DNA of 64,000 bases from Octopus bimaculoides (GCF_001194135.2 NC_068992.1:10781505-10845504), one strand, 5' to 3'. Counted from the first letter of the stretch, positions 11,951-26,152 are shown. Program-made: numbers and translations. Notes: generated from the letters alone by a model not told the origin.

Positions 11951-12899
11951 TCATTTGTTACCAGTTTAAATATCTTTGAGACATATTCAAAGCTGTAAGG
12001 AAGCCATTTGCTGCATATTGTCATGGCAAAAAATCCCCACAGCAGACAAAAAAGGAGCAAACACACCAAATCAGTCCAACACACCCTTTCTATCCAGATC
12101 GTTGAATGTGTGTATTTCAGAGTAGCTGTCTCCTTTTTAGCATCGATCTAGGTAGAAGCTGGCCTTGACTGGTTTGGTTTCTTTACACCTTTTTGCCTCC
12201 AGCGAGAAATTTTCTCCATAACAAAATGCAGTGAATGATTTTCATATAGCTTCAAATACATCTCCAAAATATTCGAACTGATGACAAGTTTATATTTGTA
12301 TACATCACTGCTTAATGCTTTTAATGCGTAAAGTAAAATTTGAACTTATGACTAAATACTAAATCAGTCAGAATCTTAAACTCACAGATATAGTTCCAGA
12401 ATACATAACAGAGAAATAAATCTCTGTGTGTATTAGCATACATCCAGTGTGTGTGTGTGTATGTGTGAACATGTATATGCTATGATCGTCAAGATACTTT
12501 TTCTGCAGTAGTCAAAAGACAGCATCTGATTATTTCCTCATGATCTTCATATATGTCTTTTCAGTTGTCACCAAGCTATCAACAATATAATGTAAAGATG
12601 TCTGCCATTATTAATCCTCCTTACCAATACAACAAAGGAACAAAATAGTTAAGCTAACTGAATTGAGTGCGAGTAAAATAAAAATTCATTAGATTTGGGA
12701 TAAGTTTTATCTCCAAAGCTCATTAATTCTGACAATCTTTTGGGTAAGGTATAATTTAGCATTTACTCTGAAAAAACTGAATGTACTTCATGTTAACAGG
12801 AGGGAAAAAAAATATATATTATATATATTACATTATATTATATTATATCAATGTATATTTACTGCATATATAACATATGAATGAACGTACATGGTATAT

Positions 12900-12942
12900 G
12901 TGTATATGCATATAGACATACACACATAAATATATGTTTTAT

Positions 12943-13011
<69 letters not shown>

Positions 13012-13082
13012 TATATATATATATGTATGTATGTATATATATATATGTATGTATGTATGAATATATATATATATATGTATGT

Positions 13083-13116
<34 letters not shown>

Positions 13117-13130
13117 GTATATATATGTAT
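12900..13130. repeat. (TA)n/(TATG)n microsatellite
   Basis: Read directly. Confidence 0.95.
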
Positions 13131-13222
13131 AGTTTGAGTGAATCATCCTGATAAAAGCTCCTCATATCCTTTATATTTATAGGTGTGTAGGTGTGTGTGT
13201 GTATATATATATATATATATTT

Positions 13223-13696
13223 ATCATCATCATCATACTTTAAAATCCACTTTTCATGCTGGCATGGGTTGGATGGTTTGACTGAAGACTTGCAAGCCAG
13301 GAGGCTGCACCAGGCTCCAATCTCATCTGACAAGGTTTTTACAGCTGGATGCCTTTCCTAACACCAACCACTCTGAGAGTGTAATGAGTGCTTTTTATGT
13401 GAGGGCCAGTCAGGCAGTACTGGCATCAACCACATTCGAATGGTGATTTTTATGTGCCACCAGCATGGGTGCCAGTCAGGCGGTAGTTGCATCAGCCACA
13501 ACAATGATTTCACTTGACTCAACAGGTCTTCTCAAGCACAGAATATCTCCAAAGGTCTCAGTCGCTTGTTATTGCCAACATTCGAAGGTTGTACTTCACC
13601 ACCACATCCCAGGTCCTTCTGGGTCTACCTCTTCCACAGATTCCTTCCACTGTTAGGGTGTGGCACTTTTCACACAGCTCTATTGCGTGTTCCACT
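13223..13696 (-). mobile_element. 5'-truncated RTE LINE: ORF2 C-terminus, 3' UTR and (GAT)n tail
   Basis: Minus translation CEKCHTLTVEGICGRGRPRRTWDVVVKYNLRML..TSD*DLWRYSVLEK is the GRGRP..W C-terminus of RTE ORF2. It is followed by the 3' UTR containing gttaggaaaggcatccagctgtaaaaac. Confidence 0.85.
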
Positions 13697-13764
13697 TGAG
13701 GATTGTAGAGTGTTAATAATTGTTGGAGAACAATACATTTTCTGGTCCTAGAAAAAGAATAGAC

Positions 13765-13835
13765 CAGTGGTTCCCAACCTGGGGTCCGTGGATCCCTGGT
13801 GGTCCACAAAGGTAGTACCAGAGATCCATGAACTA
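13765..13835 (+). mobile_element. hAT (Charlie-like) terminal fragment
   Basis: Begins cagtggttcccaacctggggtccgtggatccctggtggtccac and is preceded by ..tagac, resembling the Charlie target consensus. No matching right end was found. Confidence 0.5.
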
Positions 13836-15119
13836 AATTCAAAATTTCATATATATATATATTCCATACACCATTCATATTACAGTATTACATCTAGCCT
13901 AATTGCACCACTCCCAGAACTACTTACCTCCCTTACATATAATCTTTTTACTCAGGGACTAATAGACCCAACATCGTTTCGTAATTGGTACACATTCGAA
14001 GCCAGTGAACAACAATTGACGAAACCAGTATGACTTTGAATCTCTTTAACAATTCAAAATAATGACTTTTATTCCTCTTATTTCTACATCAGTTCATCTA
14101 ATTGTATATATTCATCCTTGCTTTTCATAAAAAAAGCCGTTATTTTTTTATATTCAATGTGCATTTTCTCTTTTTTCTTCTTATTTTCCCCATATTTCTA
14201 CCACATGTAGTTTATTTTTCTTTTTGAAACCTATTTCTGTTATATATATATATTTATATATATATATATGTACACACATAAGGATAAACATCTGGAATAG
14301 GCTAATCTTCAAGATGCATTCTTTGCTATCTTAGAGATGTATGTTGACCAGGAGAAATTCTCAGTGATAGCCAGGCCAAGTGTATGAAGCAATTGCAGGG
14401 ATTTTAGTCACATTCTATTCGTGATTAAGAAGTGGGAGTGAAGTATGAGTGTGTTTTCTTATCCAAACCCAAGATCCTGTACTAAATACTATAACCAATA
14501 ATTTCTTTCTAGAAGATTGGATCTCTGGAAGTTAGACTTAATTTTTTTTCCAAACAGCAAGAGTTTAAGCAGAAAGTTAATGGCATCAATCACACCAGTC
14601 ATGGAGGATTAGGGTTAGGAATGGGGCCAGCTCAACCTACGAAATTGAAAAAGAATATGTTCTAGAAAATATCTATACATAAGTCTATGTTTCTGGAGTC
14701 AAATGTATGGTTCAATGTAGTGGAAAATGTATCATGCAAATGTTCCTGAATTTAAACTCTCTTTGAGTTCCACCCATGTAGAGAGTGGTAGTGTTGCAAA
14801 GTATAAAGTGTCAGAAAATAAGATACAATAAATTGATTTATCATTCAGCTTAAAAAATGTTTTGTAAATTAAGATAGAAGAAATACAAGTTGACAATTGA
14901 CAGATTTTGCGTGAAGGGACAGTTCTTCTGAGATATGATTGAAAATGAGCAAAAGAAAGGCTGGACAATTACTACACCAGCAGACACATTCATGTATGGT
15001 ACAGACACCCACACACACGCATGCACACACACACACAGCATCATCAGGATGTTATTTGTGATATATACATATATGTTATAGGTATCATGTATGTATGCAT
15101 ATGTATTTATATATCAATC

Positions 15120-15157
<38 letters not shown>

Positions 15158-16149
15158 CGTGTGAGAAAAGAAAATAAGATTTTTGTAAATTAATTAGAAA
15201 TACTGAAAGACTATAGACACAGATCATCTGTGAAGAATTCCTGTTCCTTTAATGTGACAATGATAAACATTCACTTTACATTGTCTTTATTGCTTTCATT
15301 GTTGTTAACATTATTAATATGGTTGTCTTTATCTTCCTTTTTGTTTTTATCATTATCCTATCACAATATTGTTTAAAGTATTATGCCATTATGTATTTGT
15401 TTTAAGTTCACTTTGTCTCTCTCCCACAAATTGTTATGTGCATAGAATATATGAAAGCTGTGACAGTCAAATACGTATGCTTACAAATTACTGTGATGTA
15501 CTTTCTGAAACTTCCAGTTTACTCAATATAACAATAGTCAAAGCACTCTTTGTTCTATCTTTTTTGTCATTGTTTTTCTTTTCCCCCTCCTTTTCTCATG
15601 TTATCTGTTAATTTTCTCTCTACATCTTGTTGTAATTATTAACTATCTAATAGAATTTTATCTATGTACTCTATAAACCAAACTTTGTCACATGCTATAA
15701 TTTTTAGTAGTGCATCTAAAACAAATTATAAATGTACAAATAAGTATTTAAACAAACAAATACTAAAGTATGTATGGAAATGCAATGAAATGAAAAGCCA
15801 TTGAAATATCAAATAAAAATGGAAAGTTTAAAATGAACAAGTTGATAGAATTATACAGTTCTTCTGGCTGTAGACAATTTTGCTTGTTATAAAATAGAAA
15901 TATTGTATTTATGTAGTATATATTTAAAGCTACTTAAATTGTTTCAGAAATATTCTATTTTCTGGCAAGATTTTGCAATGTTTAAAATCACATACCAATG
16001 AGGTAGGTTCTGCATAGTTAATTGATCTGCTATAAGCAGATGCCAAATCACCATCAAATTACATTTTTATTACTATTTTAAAAAAATGAAGGACACATTA
16101 GATAATATAATTCTAGTCACACACTCTCTCTTTCTTCACGTACCATACC

Positions 16150-16445
16150 TGCAAGTGCCAACCACTCTGAGAGTGTAGTGGGTGCTTTTTATGTGCCACC
16201 GGCACAGGGGCCAGAGGAGCTAGCATTGACCTTGATCAGATGGTGCTTTTTACATGCCACCGGCATAGAAGCCATTCAAAGCAGCACTGGCATTGGCCAC
16301 ATTCAGATGGTGCTTTTTACGTGCTACTGGCACGGAGCTCACAACTACAATTTCCATTTGATTTGATTTTGATATTGCTGATGTTGATGTACTTGACTCA
16401 ATAGGTCTCCTCAAGCACAGCATGTCTCCCTACGATCCAAGGTAC
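16150..16445 (-). mobile_element. RTE LINE 3' fragment
   Basis: Shares accactctgagagtgtagtgggtgctttttatgtgccacc and cttgactcaa.aggtct.ctcaagcacag with 13223-13696. Confidence 0.65.
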
Positions 16446-16464
16446 TTTTGAGTGGGCTGGATAC

Positions 16465-16495
<31 letters not shown>

Positions 16496-17732
16496 GATAG
16501 ATGTATATATATAGAAATAGTGACTAAGCACAAGTTTATGTTATAGTTTCTGTGAGAATTTTCCCATTATGGTTGTTCTGAGCCCTCCAATAGGTATTCC
16601 AAATGCATTTAGAAGCTCGACCGCAACAGATCATCAGGGAGCACTTTATAGCATTAAGTTACAGATTAGTTACATACATATTGGCTTACAAGCGTTTACA
16701 CTCCCCTCCAGTATCCAGTGTAGTATGATGTGGGGAATCAATCTTAGGATAGGTTAGTTTTCAGAGTACATATGCACACACACACACACACACACACACC
16801 TGCATGTTTATACACAGTCATACTAAATTTGTAAGTATTTATATACATCTACAAATTTGTATTCAGACATGTAAAGTAGAACAGCAAAATATTTACACAC
16901 ATGGACATATAAATATATATATGGAAGTGTGTATGTGTGTGGGTATGTATGTATATTTGCCTAGTCTAACAACTGGTATTGATGTGACTTCAATAATATA
17001 CTCAATATCAGATACAAAAGTTATGTAGACCCCAAAAGTAAAATTATGAGTTCAAGTTATTACAAAGAAATTATTTTTCTGAGTCAGGTTAAAATTTGTT
17101 TTTCTTAAATGTTTTATAAAAGATATGCAAATTCAAATTTGAAAAATATTGTAAAAAGGAAGAGAATATATTAAGAAATCTCAGAATGCTTAATCGTGTA
17201 TTTGTTTACACTAATTGGTGAATAATCATAGTATTTACAAAATATGTTTAAATTATAAGATACTGAACTATTATAAAAATAAAGAATTCTACTGCCATTC
17301 ATTGAAAACTATGTTTACCTTTACACTATTGAAAGTCAATTACCAATGTACATTCTTATAGTTATATGCATATTTATACACACACATACACACATTATAC
17401 ATATATTTATTTACACAAAACCTATCTTCACACATTCTCTCCAGTAGTACAAATGTTTGTGACTTCTGCATTCTGTGTAAATCTAGAATACACATTCAAA
17501 AATATTTGCATTCTCTTTTTATATTTAGTTATTAATCTGCTGAGTTGCTGGGAAAAATAATTTTGGACTTTGTTATTTTATAAACCCAGAAAGCTACTGT
17601 GATTTGCATATGTATACATACACACACATATAAATGAACATAAATGCACGTATGTATGTATGAATGTATGTATGTATGTATGTCATTGTTCAGTTTTATT
17701 TCAAGATTTCTTTCCAATAGAGAAAGAAATCC

Positions 17733-18310
17733 GTATGTTGAAGATCTGTCATAGCTTGGATTGCTGGAAGCATTCAAGGTACTTGAAGTCACTGCAGTAC
17801 AGTGTCCAAGTCTCACATGTCTAGAGAAGAGTTGGCAGGAGAATGGCATGGAAGACCATGATCTTTGTCTGGATGGTCAGCGCATGACTGAAGACTACAC
17901 AGCTGAATCTACTGAAGGTGGAGTGGATTGCTCTGATCTGGTGCTCCATGTCTTTTTCACAAGTGGGTATCTTTGAAAGGATACTCCCAGAGTATGAGAA
18001 GTGTTCAACTTCTTCTGGGGGTTGGCCGTTGATGCTAATGTTTGTAGGTGGACTGTTCTGGCCTGGTGCAGGTTGGATCAGGGTCTTGGTCTTTAATGTG
18101 TTTACCTGCATCCTGAAGCATTTGTAAGCCATGTTGTAAAGATTGGCTGTCTTTTGTAGGCCATCTGTGATCCGGTTCAAGGTGGCATTGTCATCAGCAT
18201 ACTGCATCTCACAGACTGAAATGGCGGAAGTCCTTGTCTTTGTGTCGAGACATGAGAGATTGAAGAGTCTGCCATCCAAGAGATAGTGCATGTTGATTGA
18301 AGGCAAGTCT
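17733..18310 (-). mobile_element. RTE (BovB-like) reverse-transcriptase fragment, pseudogenised
   Basis: Translation DGRLFNL..LDTKTR..QYADDNA (YADD at 18201-18190)..VNTLKTK..VEHFSYSGS..TKIMVFHAILLPTLL*TCETWTLY..LECFQQSKL*QIFNI, with two in-frame stops. Confidence 0.9.
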
Positions 18311-19911
18311 AGTGCATGCATACATAATAATATTTATGTATACATCCATGTATATATTGTGTAACAGAAAGAAGATATATCCCAATATATCCATCCTCAT
18401 AAACTTGAAAAACCATAAAAGCTATCTGAATTTTAGAACTGAAATAGTTACTAGATGTATCTACAAAACAAATTTATTTTATTCAATAGGAAGACACCTC
18501 CTACACTATTTTCTTTACTTCCGAACATATTTGAAAATCTCACTCTATTTTTACACTAAACTCGTTCAATGCACATTGCACATAACATAGTTCCATACCT
18601 TGATCTGCTATCATCACAAGTAAATGCATGGCCCTTCTGAGACTGACAAAACTGATGTTGGTTACATGCCCTTCATATTTAAGATAATGAATTGAGATGA
18701 TGTTAATCTGTACAGAGATCATGCTTCTTTGCTTTTGAGGAGATAAGTCACACAACACCAATGAAGAATATTTTTGTGATCTTTTATCGCAGAATATGTG
18801 TAGCTATCTTGGTTGCATGAAGATGTGACTTTGGCACATAGAATTAGGAATTGAAACTAATAAAAGCATAAGAGAGTATTACTTCATCACAGTTGTTGTG
18901 TAGTGTATTTGAGTATTCCATTTANNNNNNNNNNGACGTTAAACGATGATGATGATGATGATGAAGCAGGGTGCAAAAAATAGTTCGAGGAACGATACTT
19001 AAAAAGACTCATACCTAATTCAAAGAAAAATTTATTCTGCTATCATTTTGTGTCATGAAGCTGGAGCTAAGCAACCAACAAACCGTAAAATCTGCTGAGG
19101 GCCCGGAGGACATTTACAATTTTATGACATAATATGATTTGTAGATTATTTATAAAATGATTTTCAAATAAATAAGAGCCTTAGGAAGGTTTAACAAGCA
19201 TTATTGTCAGAAATAGGGAACAAGTTAATAAAAAGACAGTCTTTAGCAACATGAAAGGGGAGCAAAACGAATTTATATCAGATTTGTAAAGCAGAGTGCT
19301 TTCCTATTGATTTCTCTACGGGGAGAATGGATGTAAACATTTTTAGTGAGGTAGTTGTGTTGTTATTACCTTTTTGAGGAATATTAACAGCCCAAGTGAA
19401 GTGTAAATTCTCCAGATTGAAATCAAAGCAAGCTGGGATTTATTTGGTTTTGTGTCAACCATGATTCAACACATGTATAATCAAAATGATCAAAAGCATT
19501 CCTGTTTGGATCATCTTATTTTTTATTCAAATCCATGCATTTCAAACTAGAATATTCAATGACTTGCCCTAACCTTTTTAAGGTTGTAGTGCATGTTTTG
19601 AAGGAAATTTTACTGCGATTTCAACCATGTATAAAAGTTCGTTCCAATGCCTGAATTGCAAGTAGCTGGAGGATTGGGTTCACAAAGAACCATCTTCTAA
19701 TGCAGTGAACTCACCAAATATTTATAACTAAATTCAACAGGATTTTAAAAATTTAGAATTTGAAAAATTGACTGGATTGAAAAAATTAAGACGGTTCTCA
19801 AGGAATAGATCATAAGAATTTATTCCAAATACGAAAGAAAATAGATTTTTTTAATATGAAATGGATATCTAAGGTAAGGATAATATATATATATGTATAT
19901 ANNNNNNNNNN

Positions 19912-19955
<44 letters not shown>

Positions 19956-20303
19956 TATACACACATACACATATGTGTGTGTGTGTGTGTGTGTGTGCAT
20001 GCATGTGCACATGTGTGTACGTAATCTAATGTTCTATTAGGTTTGATCAATTGGTAAATTCTAGAGAGAATAGACATGAGTTGAAGTGAACTCAGTTATT
20101 TAAGAAACTGTTTAGAGATAACTAAGTTGGAAAAAAAATTAAAAAAGGAATTTGGGTATGAAAAGAAAAAAAGTTACATACATACATAAATACAAACATA
20201 CATTCATGGACACACACATATATATCTTTACATATATGCAAACATATGAATATATATATACACATATATTCCTGCATATATGTATATAAATACNNNNNNN
20301 NNN

Positions 20304-20345
<42 letters not shown>

Positions 20346-21146
20346 TAATGATGTATATATATATGAATATATATAAATATACAATATATATGTATATGTG
20401 TTTACATACACATACATCTATATATAATATATATGTATATGTAAACACATATACATACATATTTATGTATGTATGTATGTATGTATGTATGTGTGTATGT
20501 ATGCCCTCAGTCATCTCAAAGTAAAAAAAAAAAATACAAAACAGAATAAATATTTCGTATTATTTTCTGATAACATTTTTTTCCTCTCTTCTTACAAGAC
20601 GAATCCTAGTTCAAACAACTTATACCTATGAAAACTTTATATGGTTTCTCTTGTTTAATATTTTATTTTCTGATAATTACTTCTTTCTAGTTACACTTTT
20701 ACAATAGAAGATGATTATACATGAACTACTTAGACTTCTATTCTCTTTTATTTCTTATTCCCCGAGGTTCTTAACTGCATCCTACCTATTAATTTGAAAG
20801 TTGACTAACCTTATATGCAATTAATAAACCATAGCTTTTTTTTTTAACTTTTAACCTTTATCCAGTCTTTCTTTTTTCTTCTCTTTTTGCATGAATGTAT
20901 TCTTCAAGATTCTTTTCTTTAGTCTTTCACTGTTTTACTTCAACTTTCACTAAGAAAACTATGACCATGCTGGGACACCATCCTGAAAGGTTTTAGTGAA
21001 TCATAAGTTTTTTTAAAGTGTCTCAAAATAAAGACAGGCTTAGAAACAAGACATAGACATGCAAACATGCAATCACTTATATGCACACACATAGTTATAC
21101 TTATGTGTATATGTGTGCATGTATGTGTATATATATATATGTATGT

Positions 21147-21519
21147 GTGGAAGCGCAATGGCCCAGTGGTTAGGGCAGTGGACTCGCAGTCGTAGGATCG
21201 CGGTTTAGATTCCCAGACCAGGCGTTGTGAGTGTTTATTGAGCGAAAACACCTAAAGCTCCACAAGGCTCCGGCAGGGGATGGTGGCAAACCCTGCTGTA
21301 CTCTTTCACCACAACTTTCTCTCACTCTTACTTCCTGTTTCTGTTGTGTCTGTAATTCAAAGGGTCAGCTTTGTCACACTGAATCTCCTCGAGAACTACA
21401 TTAAGGGTACACGTGTCTGTGGAGTGCTCAGCTATTTGCACGTTAATTTCACGAACAGGCTGTTCTGTTGATTGGATCAACTGGAACCCTCATCGTTGTA
21501 ACCGACGGAGTGCCAACCA
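21147..21519 (+). mobile_element. tRNA-derived SINE family C, full length
   Basis: A box tggcccagtgg, B-box-like gtttagattcc and 3' end gacggagtgccaac. Collinear with 24484-24871 and 28363-28748. Probable TSD atatgtatgt at 21137-21146 and 21520-21529 (low complexity). Confidence 0.85.
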
Positions 21520-22442
21520 ATATGTATGTATCATCACCATCATCATTATATGATTAAAACACACATATAGGACAATCTCCCATGCAATTTCCATCTACCA
21601 AATCTACTCATTGGTTGCACAAGAACTACAGTAGGAGACACTTGTTGGAGGTGCTATGCAGTAGGATTGAACCCCAAATTTTAGGCTGCAAAGCTAGCAT
21701 CTTAACCACAGTGCCATACTTTCACCTTTTGTTAATTTATTTCCTGACAAAAAACACTTTGTCTTAATTCAATTGGATAATTATTTAATTTAGTTTTTAT
21801 AACTTTATTGAAATTTATATTTCATATCTACTCTGCATGAATCATTCCACATCTTAATCTTTTACACAATAATACATTACACTTAAGCTATTTAATCAGG
21901 AAATTCCTCATAGATATTTCTAAAGCTAATTTGTAATAATATTTTTTGAAAAAAAGTATTTTAATTTAATACCTTTATCTAGTTGACTATTTTTCAATAT
22001 ATCAGATTACACGATAATGTTATGTCGCTATAATAGCATATGTTATGTTGTTGAAATTGACAAAAACATTTTTTTTTTTGCTCATGTTCTAAGTTAATGT
22101 AATGTACATACAATAATTGTAAATTCCTATTTTGAACACATAACCATTTATTTTAAAATGTTATATTTACGTAAATTACAAATATCTGTAATGAAATAAA
22201 ATGTAAGAAATATAAATAAAATGGCATCTGTTCAATTCATGCCTTCTACATAATTATTACTCATGAAAAACTGAATAGTACATAGTACAGCTCCTTTCTA
22301 AAAGTACGTATACACTATTTTCTTGTTCCTTTACAACCCTTCACTCTCTGTCAGGCCGTTGGTTACCTCTAGTTTCAGTTGTGTGAAGTGGATTGAAAAA
22401 ATCTCCCTCTGGATAGGATTCCAGCCTACTGTAGAGAAATAT

Positions 22443-22725
22443 GGAAGCATGTGGCTTAGTGGTTAGGGGTGTTGGACTCAACCAAAGCCCATCACATATA
22501 TGTAAGTGTCTTCATGCTTGTGCTTGTTTCCCCAACCACTTAATAAACGGTGTTGGTTTGTTTACATCCCAGTAACATAGCAGTTTCACAAAAGAAACTG
22601 ATAAAGTAAGTACCACACTTAAAATATTAGTACTAGGGTCAATCTGTTTTAACCAGACACGTCAAGACAGTGCCCCAGTAGGGTCGCAGTCCATTGACTG
22701 AAACAAGTAAAAAGAGGAAAATAAG
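22443..22725 (+). mobile_element. Degenerate CORE-type SINE (family B body and tail)
   Basis: tRNA-like head gtggcttagtggttaggg, a large internal deletion, then the family-B tail gtgccccag..gcagtccattgactgaaacaagtaaaaagag. Confidence 0.55.
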
Positions 22726-23081
22726 AAAATATTTTAAAGGTGGGTTAAGCTTGAGGGATGCATGGTTAAGTAAGTTTGGCATTGATGAGGTGCTAGGTTC
22801 AATCCTACTGCATGTCATTTTGAGAAAGTGTATTTTGCCATTGTCTCAGGCTGATCCAAGTCTTGTGAGTAAAGTTTGATAAATGAAAACTGTGCAGAAG
22901 CCCATCAGACAGATTTTTTAACGTGTAGTACTTAGTTTATCAGCACACCCTTGTGCCAAACTGTTATGTTACAATGTTGTAAACAAACCAACAATGTCAG
23001 CTGGTTTCTTCAATGAATCAAACTTGTCACACACTGTATCATGCTGATCCTACCTGTGGGCTGCATTATAAGTACCCATGT

Positions 23082-23310
23082 TGGCGAGCTGGCAGAAACG
23101 TTTGTGCGCCGGGTGAAATGCTTAGCAGTATTTTGTCTGCCATTATGTTCTGAGTTCAAATTCCGCCAAGGTCAACTTTGCCTTTCATCCTTTCGGGGTC
23201 GATAAATTAAGTGCCAGTTACGCACTGGGGTCGATGTAAACGATTTAATCCCTTAGTCTGTCCTTGTTTGTCCCCTCTATGCTTAGCCCCTTGTGGACAA
23301 CAAAGAAATA
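23082..23310 (+). mobile_element. SINE family A, tail type 2, full length with 14-bp TSD
   Basis: Head tggcgagctggcagaaacg, B box gagttcaaattcc, core ctttgcctttcatcctttcggggtcgataaa (resembles the Meta/MESC SINE domain as I recall it) and tail ..agccccttgtggacaacaaagaaata. TSD ataagtacccatgt at 23068-23081 and 23311-23324. Confidence 0.85.
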
Positions 23311-24483
23311 ATAAGTACCCATGTCAGTAGAAAACTCAACTGCTTATATTCCTGTCCAATGAGCAGGTAGTTCAGATGAGCAAATAACTGACTCCATATA
23401 GTCAAAGCAGAGAAAGATCCATTTTCTTTGCATACAAGTTGGGCTGGGAGAGTACAATCCTTTAAAGGGGTTATATTCCTTTAAAGTATTGTGTAAAATA
23501 ACCAGTATGAACAATGAAGTAGAAGATTCAGTAAAAATAGAACTTCTGTTGCAGACCCAACTTGAAATGACCTTACTACCGTTCTATTATGCTTGAACAA
23601 AATTGATCTCCATCTGATCTCAGAATCTGAACGAAGGTTAAAATTCATAAATCAAAGTTAAGGAAAATGTCTGAAGAGTATAGAAGACCTGTTGTTGTGG
23701 ACTTGCTAAAGAAAAAAAATCAATATGATTAAGATGGATGAGGTGAGATTGATTATTGTTGTCTAATTAGTATAAACAGTACAGCACTTCTTAGCACAAC
23801 AATAGGCTAAGCTAAATTGTGAAATTGAAAGCAATTAGTTGTTTCTTTTAGCTAATTTGTTTGATTCAAAATTCCATGATGTACATTGCCAAATTTTACA
23901 GATTTATTCTTTGATTTTATTTTCCCTCCGTTGGATGATTCATAGTCTAAATTTACTGCAGTGTATTTCCGAAAACTTTTGGTTCAGCTTAATAACATTG
24001 CCATCGTGTCTTATGCAGCATAGACAACAACTGTGTTTTCTTGTCTTCTCCAAATAGACATATTTTTATAGATTTTTAAAGGGAGGTTTTAAGTAAAAGG
24101 AAAATAGAAGTTGTAACATCCATACATGTATTCTATAAGAGTGCTACTGCCATGAAATTAATGAAATATGTATGATATGAGATTTCATTGTATGGCTGAT
24201 GATGATAGGTTAAAATGACAAACATAAATCCCAAAACTATTTTGCATGGATCTATGAACTGAGATACATATTTTGAGTTTATTAGGAATTGTATGAAAAT
24301 CGAAGATGGAAGTATATGAAGAGGTTAAACATAATTTTGATATATTTCAGTATTAAGTTAAGCAAATTTGGCATTGAAACAACTGATAAAAGAAGTTGGG
24401 GATTTCAAGGGCAGACAACTAGGCAAGTGTTCAAGTCAGTGGATCATGATAAATTGAATAATGCTTTACATAGTGTATTGAAG

Positions 24484-24871
24484 AGTGGAGGCGTAATGGC
24501 CCAGTGGTTAGGGCAGCAGACTTGCGGTCATAGGATCACGGTTTCGATTCCCAAACCGGGAGTTGTGAGTGTTTATTGAGCGAAAACACCTGAAGCTCCA
24601 CGAGGCTCCAGCAGGAGATGGTGTCGAACCCTGCTGTACTCTTTCACCACAACTTTTTTTCACTCTTACTTCCTGTTTCTGTTGTACCTGTAATTCAAAA
24701 GGCCAGCCTTGTCACACTGTGTCATCCTGAATATCCCCAAGAACTACGTTAAGGGTACACGTGTCTGTGGAGTGCTCAGCCACTTGCACATTAATTTCAC
24801 GAGCAGGCTGTTCCGTAGATCGGATCAACTGCAACCCTCGACGTCATAAGCGATGGAGTGCCAACAACAAC
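24484..24871 (+). mobile_element. SINE family C, full length with 12-bp TSD
   Basis: A box tggcccagtgg, B box gtttcgattcc and (AAC)n tail. TSD agtgtattgaag at 24472-24483 and 24872-24883. Confidence 0.9.
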
Positions 24872-25059
24872 AGTGTATTGAAGGAGTAAAACTTTTTTTT
24901 TTCACTTGCTGGATCTAAAGTAGGCATGGGTAACCCCTTTCAAGAAGAGGGCAAGACACAGCTCATTATCAAGTAAGCTATACTATTAAAAAAAACTGAA
25001 GGTAATTTTTCATTTAGACATACCAATGAGAAAGTCTCATGAACAGCAAGTTGCCTGTG

Positions 25060-25380
25060 ATTGGTTTAAAGAAAGGGGTACTGCCTACGACCATTATAGA
25101 CCCTCTAAAACTGGCAAGGTCAATACTGTTAATATTCTTCTTACATGATTGTGAGTTGATGTTTGCAAGAAAGTCATGAACAAAGAATTCCAGAGAATGT
25201 CTGAGTGGAAGAATTGGCTATAGTGTTTAGTGTGTGTCTTGAGGGTTGGGCAGAACTTAGGTGATGAAAGGAGAAAAGATGGTTGTGTCAGAGTGGGCTT
25301 GAGTGGAAGTGACACTAGATCAACTAGTTCTGAGGAACAAGGGCCATTAAAGCGATAGTATGGAATCATATTGTACTAGA
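25060..25380 (-). mobile_element. CR1/Jockey-type LINE ORF2 C-terminal remnant
   Basis: Translation YYRFNGPCSSELVDLVSLPL..TLKTHTKHYSQFF..LWNSL resembles the YRY..G.CS.EL..L.P / SFF.RT..LWNSLP C-terminus of CR1/Jockey-group RT proteins. Confidence 0.6.
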
Positions 25381-26121
25381 ATCAGATACGAGAGATGTGA
25401 ATTATTCATTCACTGATACCATTCCATTCTAACACTCACCCAACTTCTTCCAACCAAATGGACTGTAACCAATAACCAAATAACATAATTATACCATATG
25501 AATGATTGCACCCAGAGGATGTTGATACAACAATAGATATGTGCTGGGATAAATTTGCAACCAATAAGATCTTTATTTCAAGTGAGAACAGAGTGAAGCA
25601 TTTATTACAATTTATTACATTCAAAAGTCATAGCAGCCAAGACTAGTTAATAACAGGAACTGTTTTCAAAAAACATCTGAAGCAAACATCAACTTGCATA
25701 TGAAACCAATGATGAAAATGATAATAATTACTTGCCATCAACATTGCCAAGACATGGTAATTTTTATTCATGGTAGAGTGTGGTCTAACAGAGAATAATA
25801 CCTTAAATAAATGCACCAAATACATTAATGTAAGAAAAGAAAAATAATCTGCAACTACACTTCAGTAACAACGACAATAAATTTTAAAACTTCTCCTTAG
25901 CATTTAGATTAAACAATATAAAGAGATATGGAACTATCCTCATCCTTCAGAAATACCAATCTTAATAGCTAAAGTGGTTGACAATATTACTATAGATTAC
26001 TGTTATTTGTAGTCACTAAGAGAACCTAATGTTTCAACACACGTGCATATACACACACACACACTCTCTCTCTCTCACACACATACACTCAGTCAAACCA
26101 TACATGAAAAGCAGATGTTAA

Positions 26122-26152
<31 letters not shown>

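Noticed and set aside
14608-14620. ttagggttagg telomere-like motif
   Set aside because: Under two units and expected by chance.
19020-19340. Peptide ILCHEAGAKQPTNRKIC vaguely like a mariner N-terminal HTH
   Set aside because: No WVPHEL, DD34D or TIR support was found.
19345-19365. tgaggtagttgtgttg, let-7-like start
   Set aside because: Only the seed region matches and there is no precursor hairpin.
23655-23745. Possible exon MSEEYRRPVVVDLLKKK with donor gtgaga
   Set aside because: It needs a frameshift in an A-run to stay open, the acceptor is weak and I recognise no homology.
25480-25790. Protein-like stretches (LHPEDVDTTIDMCWDKF; AYETNDENDNNYLPSTLPRHG)
   Set aside because: Interrupted by stops, with no recognisable family or splice signals.
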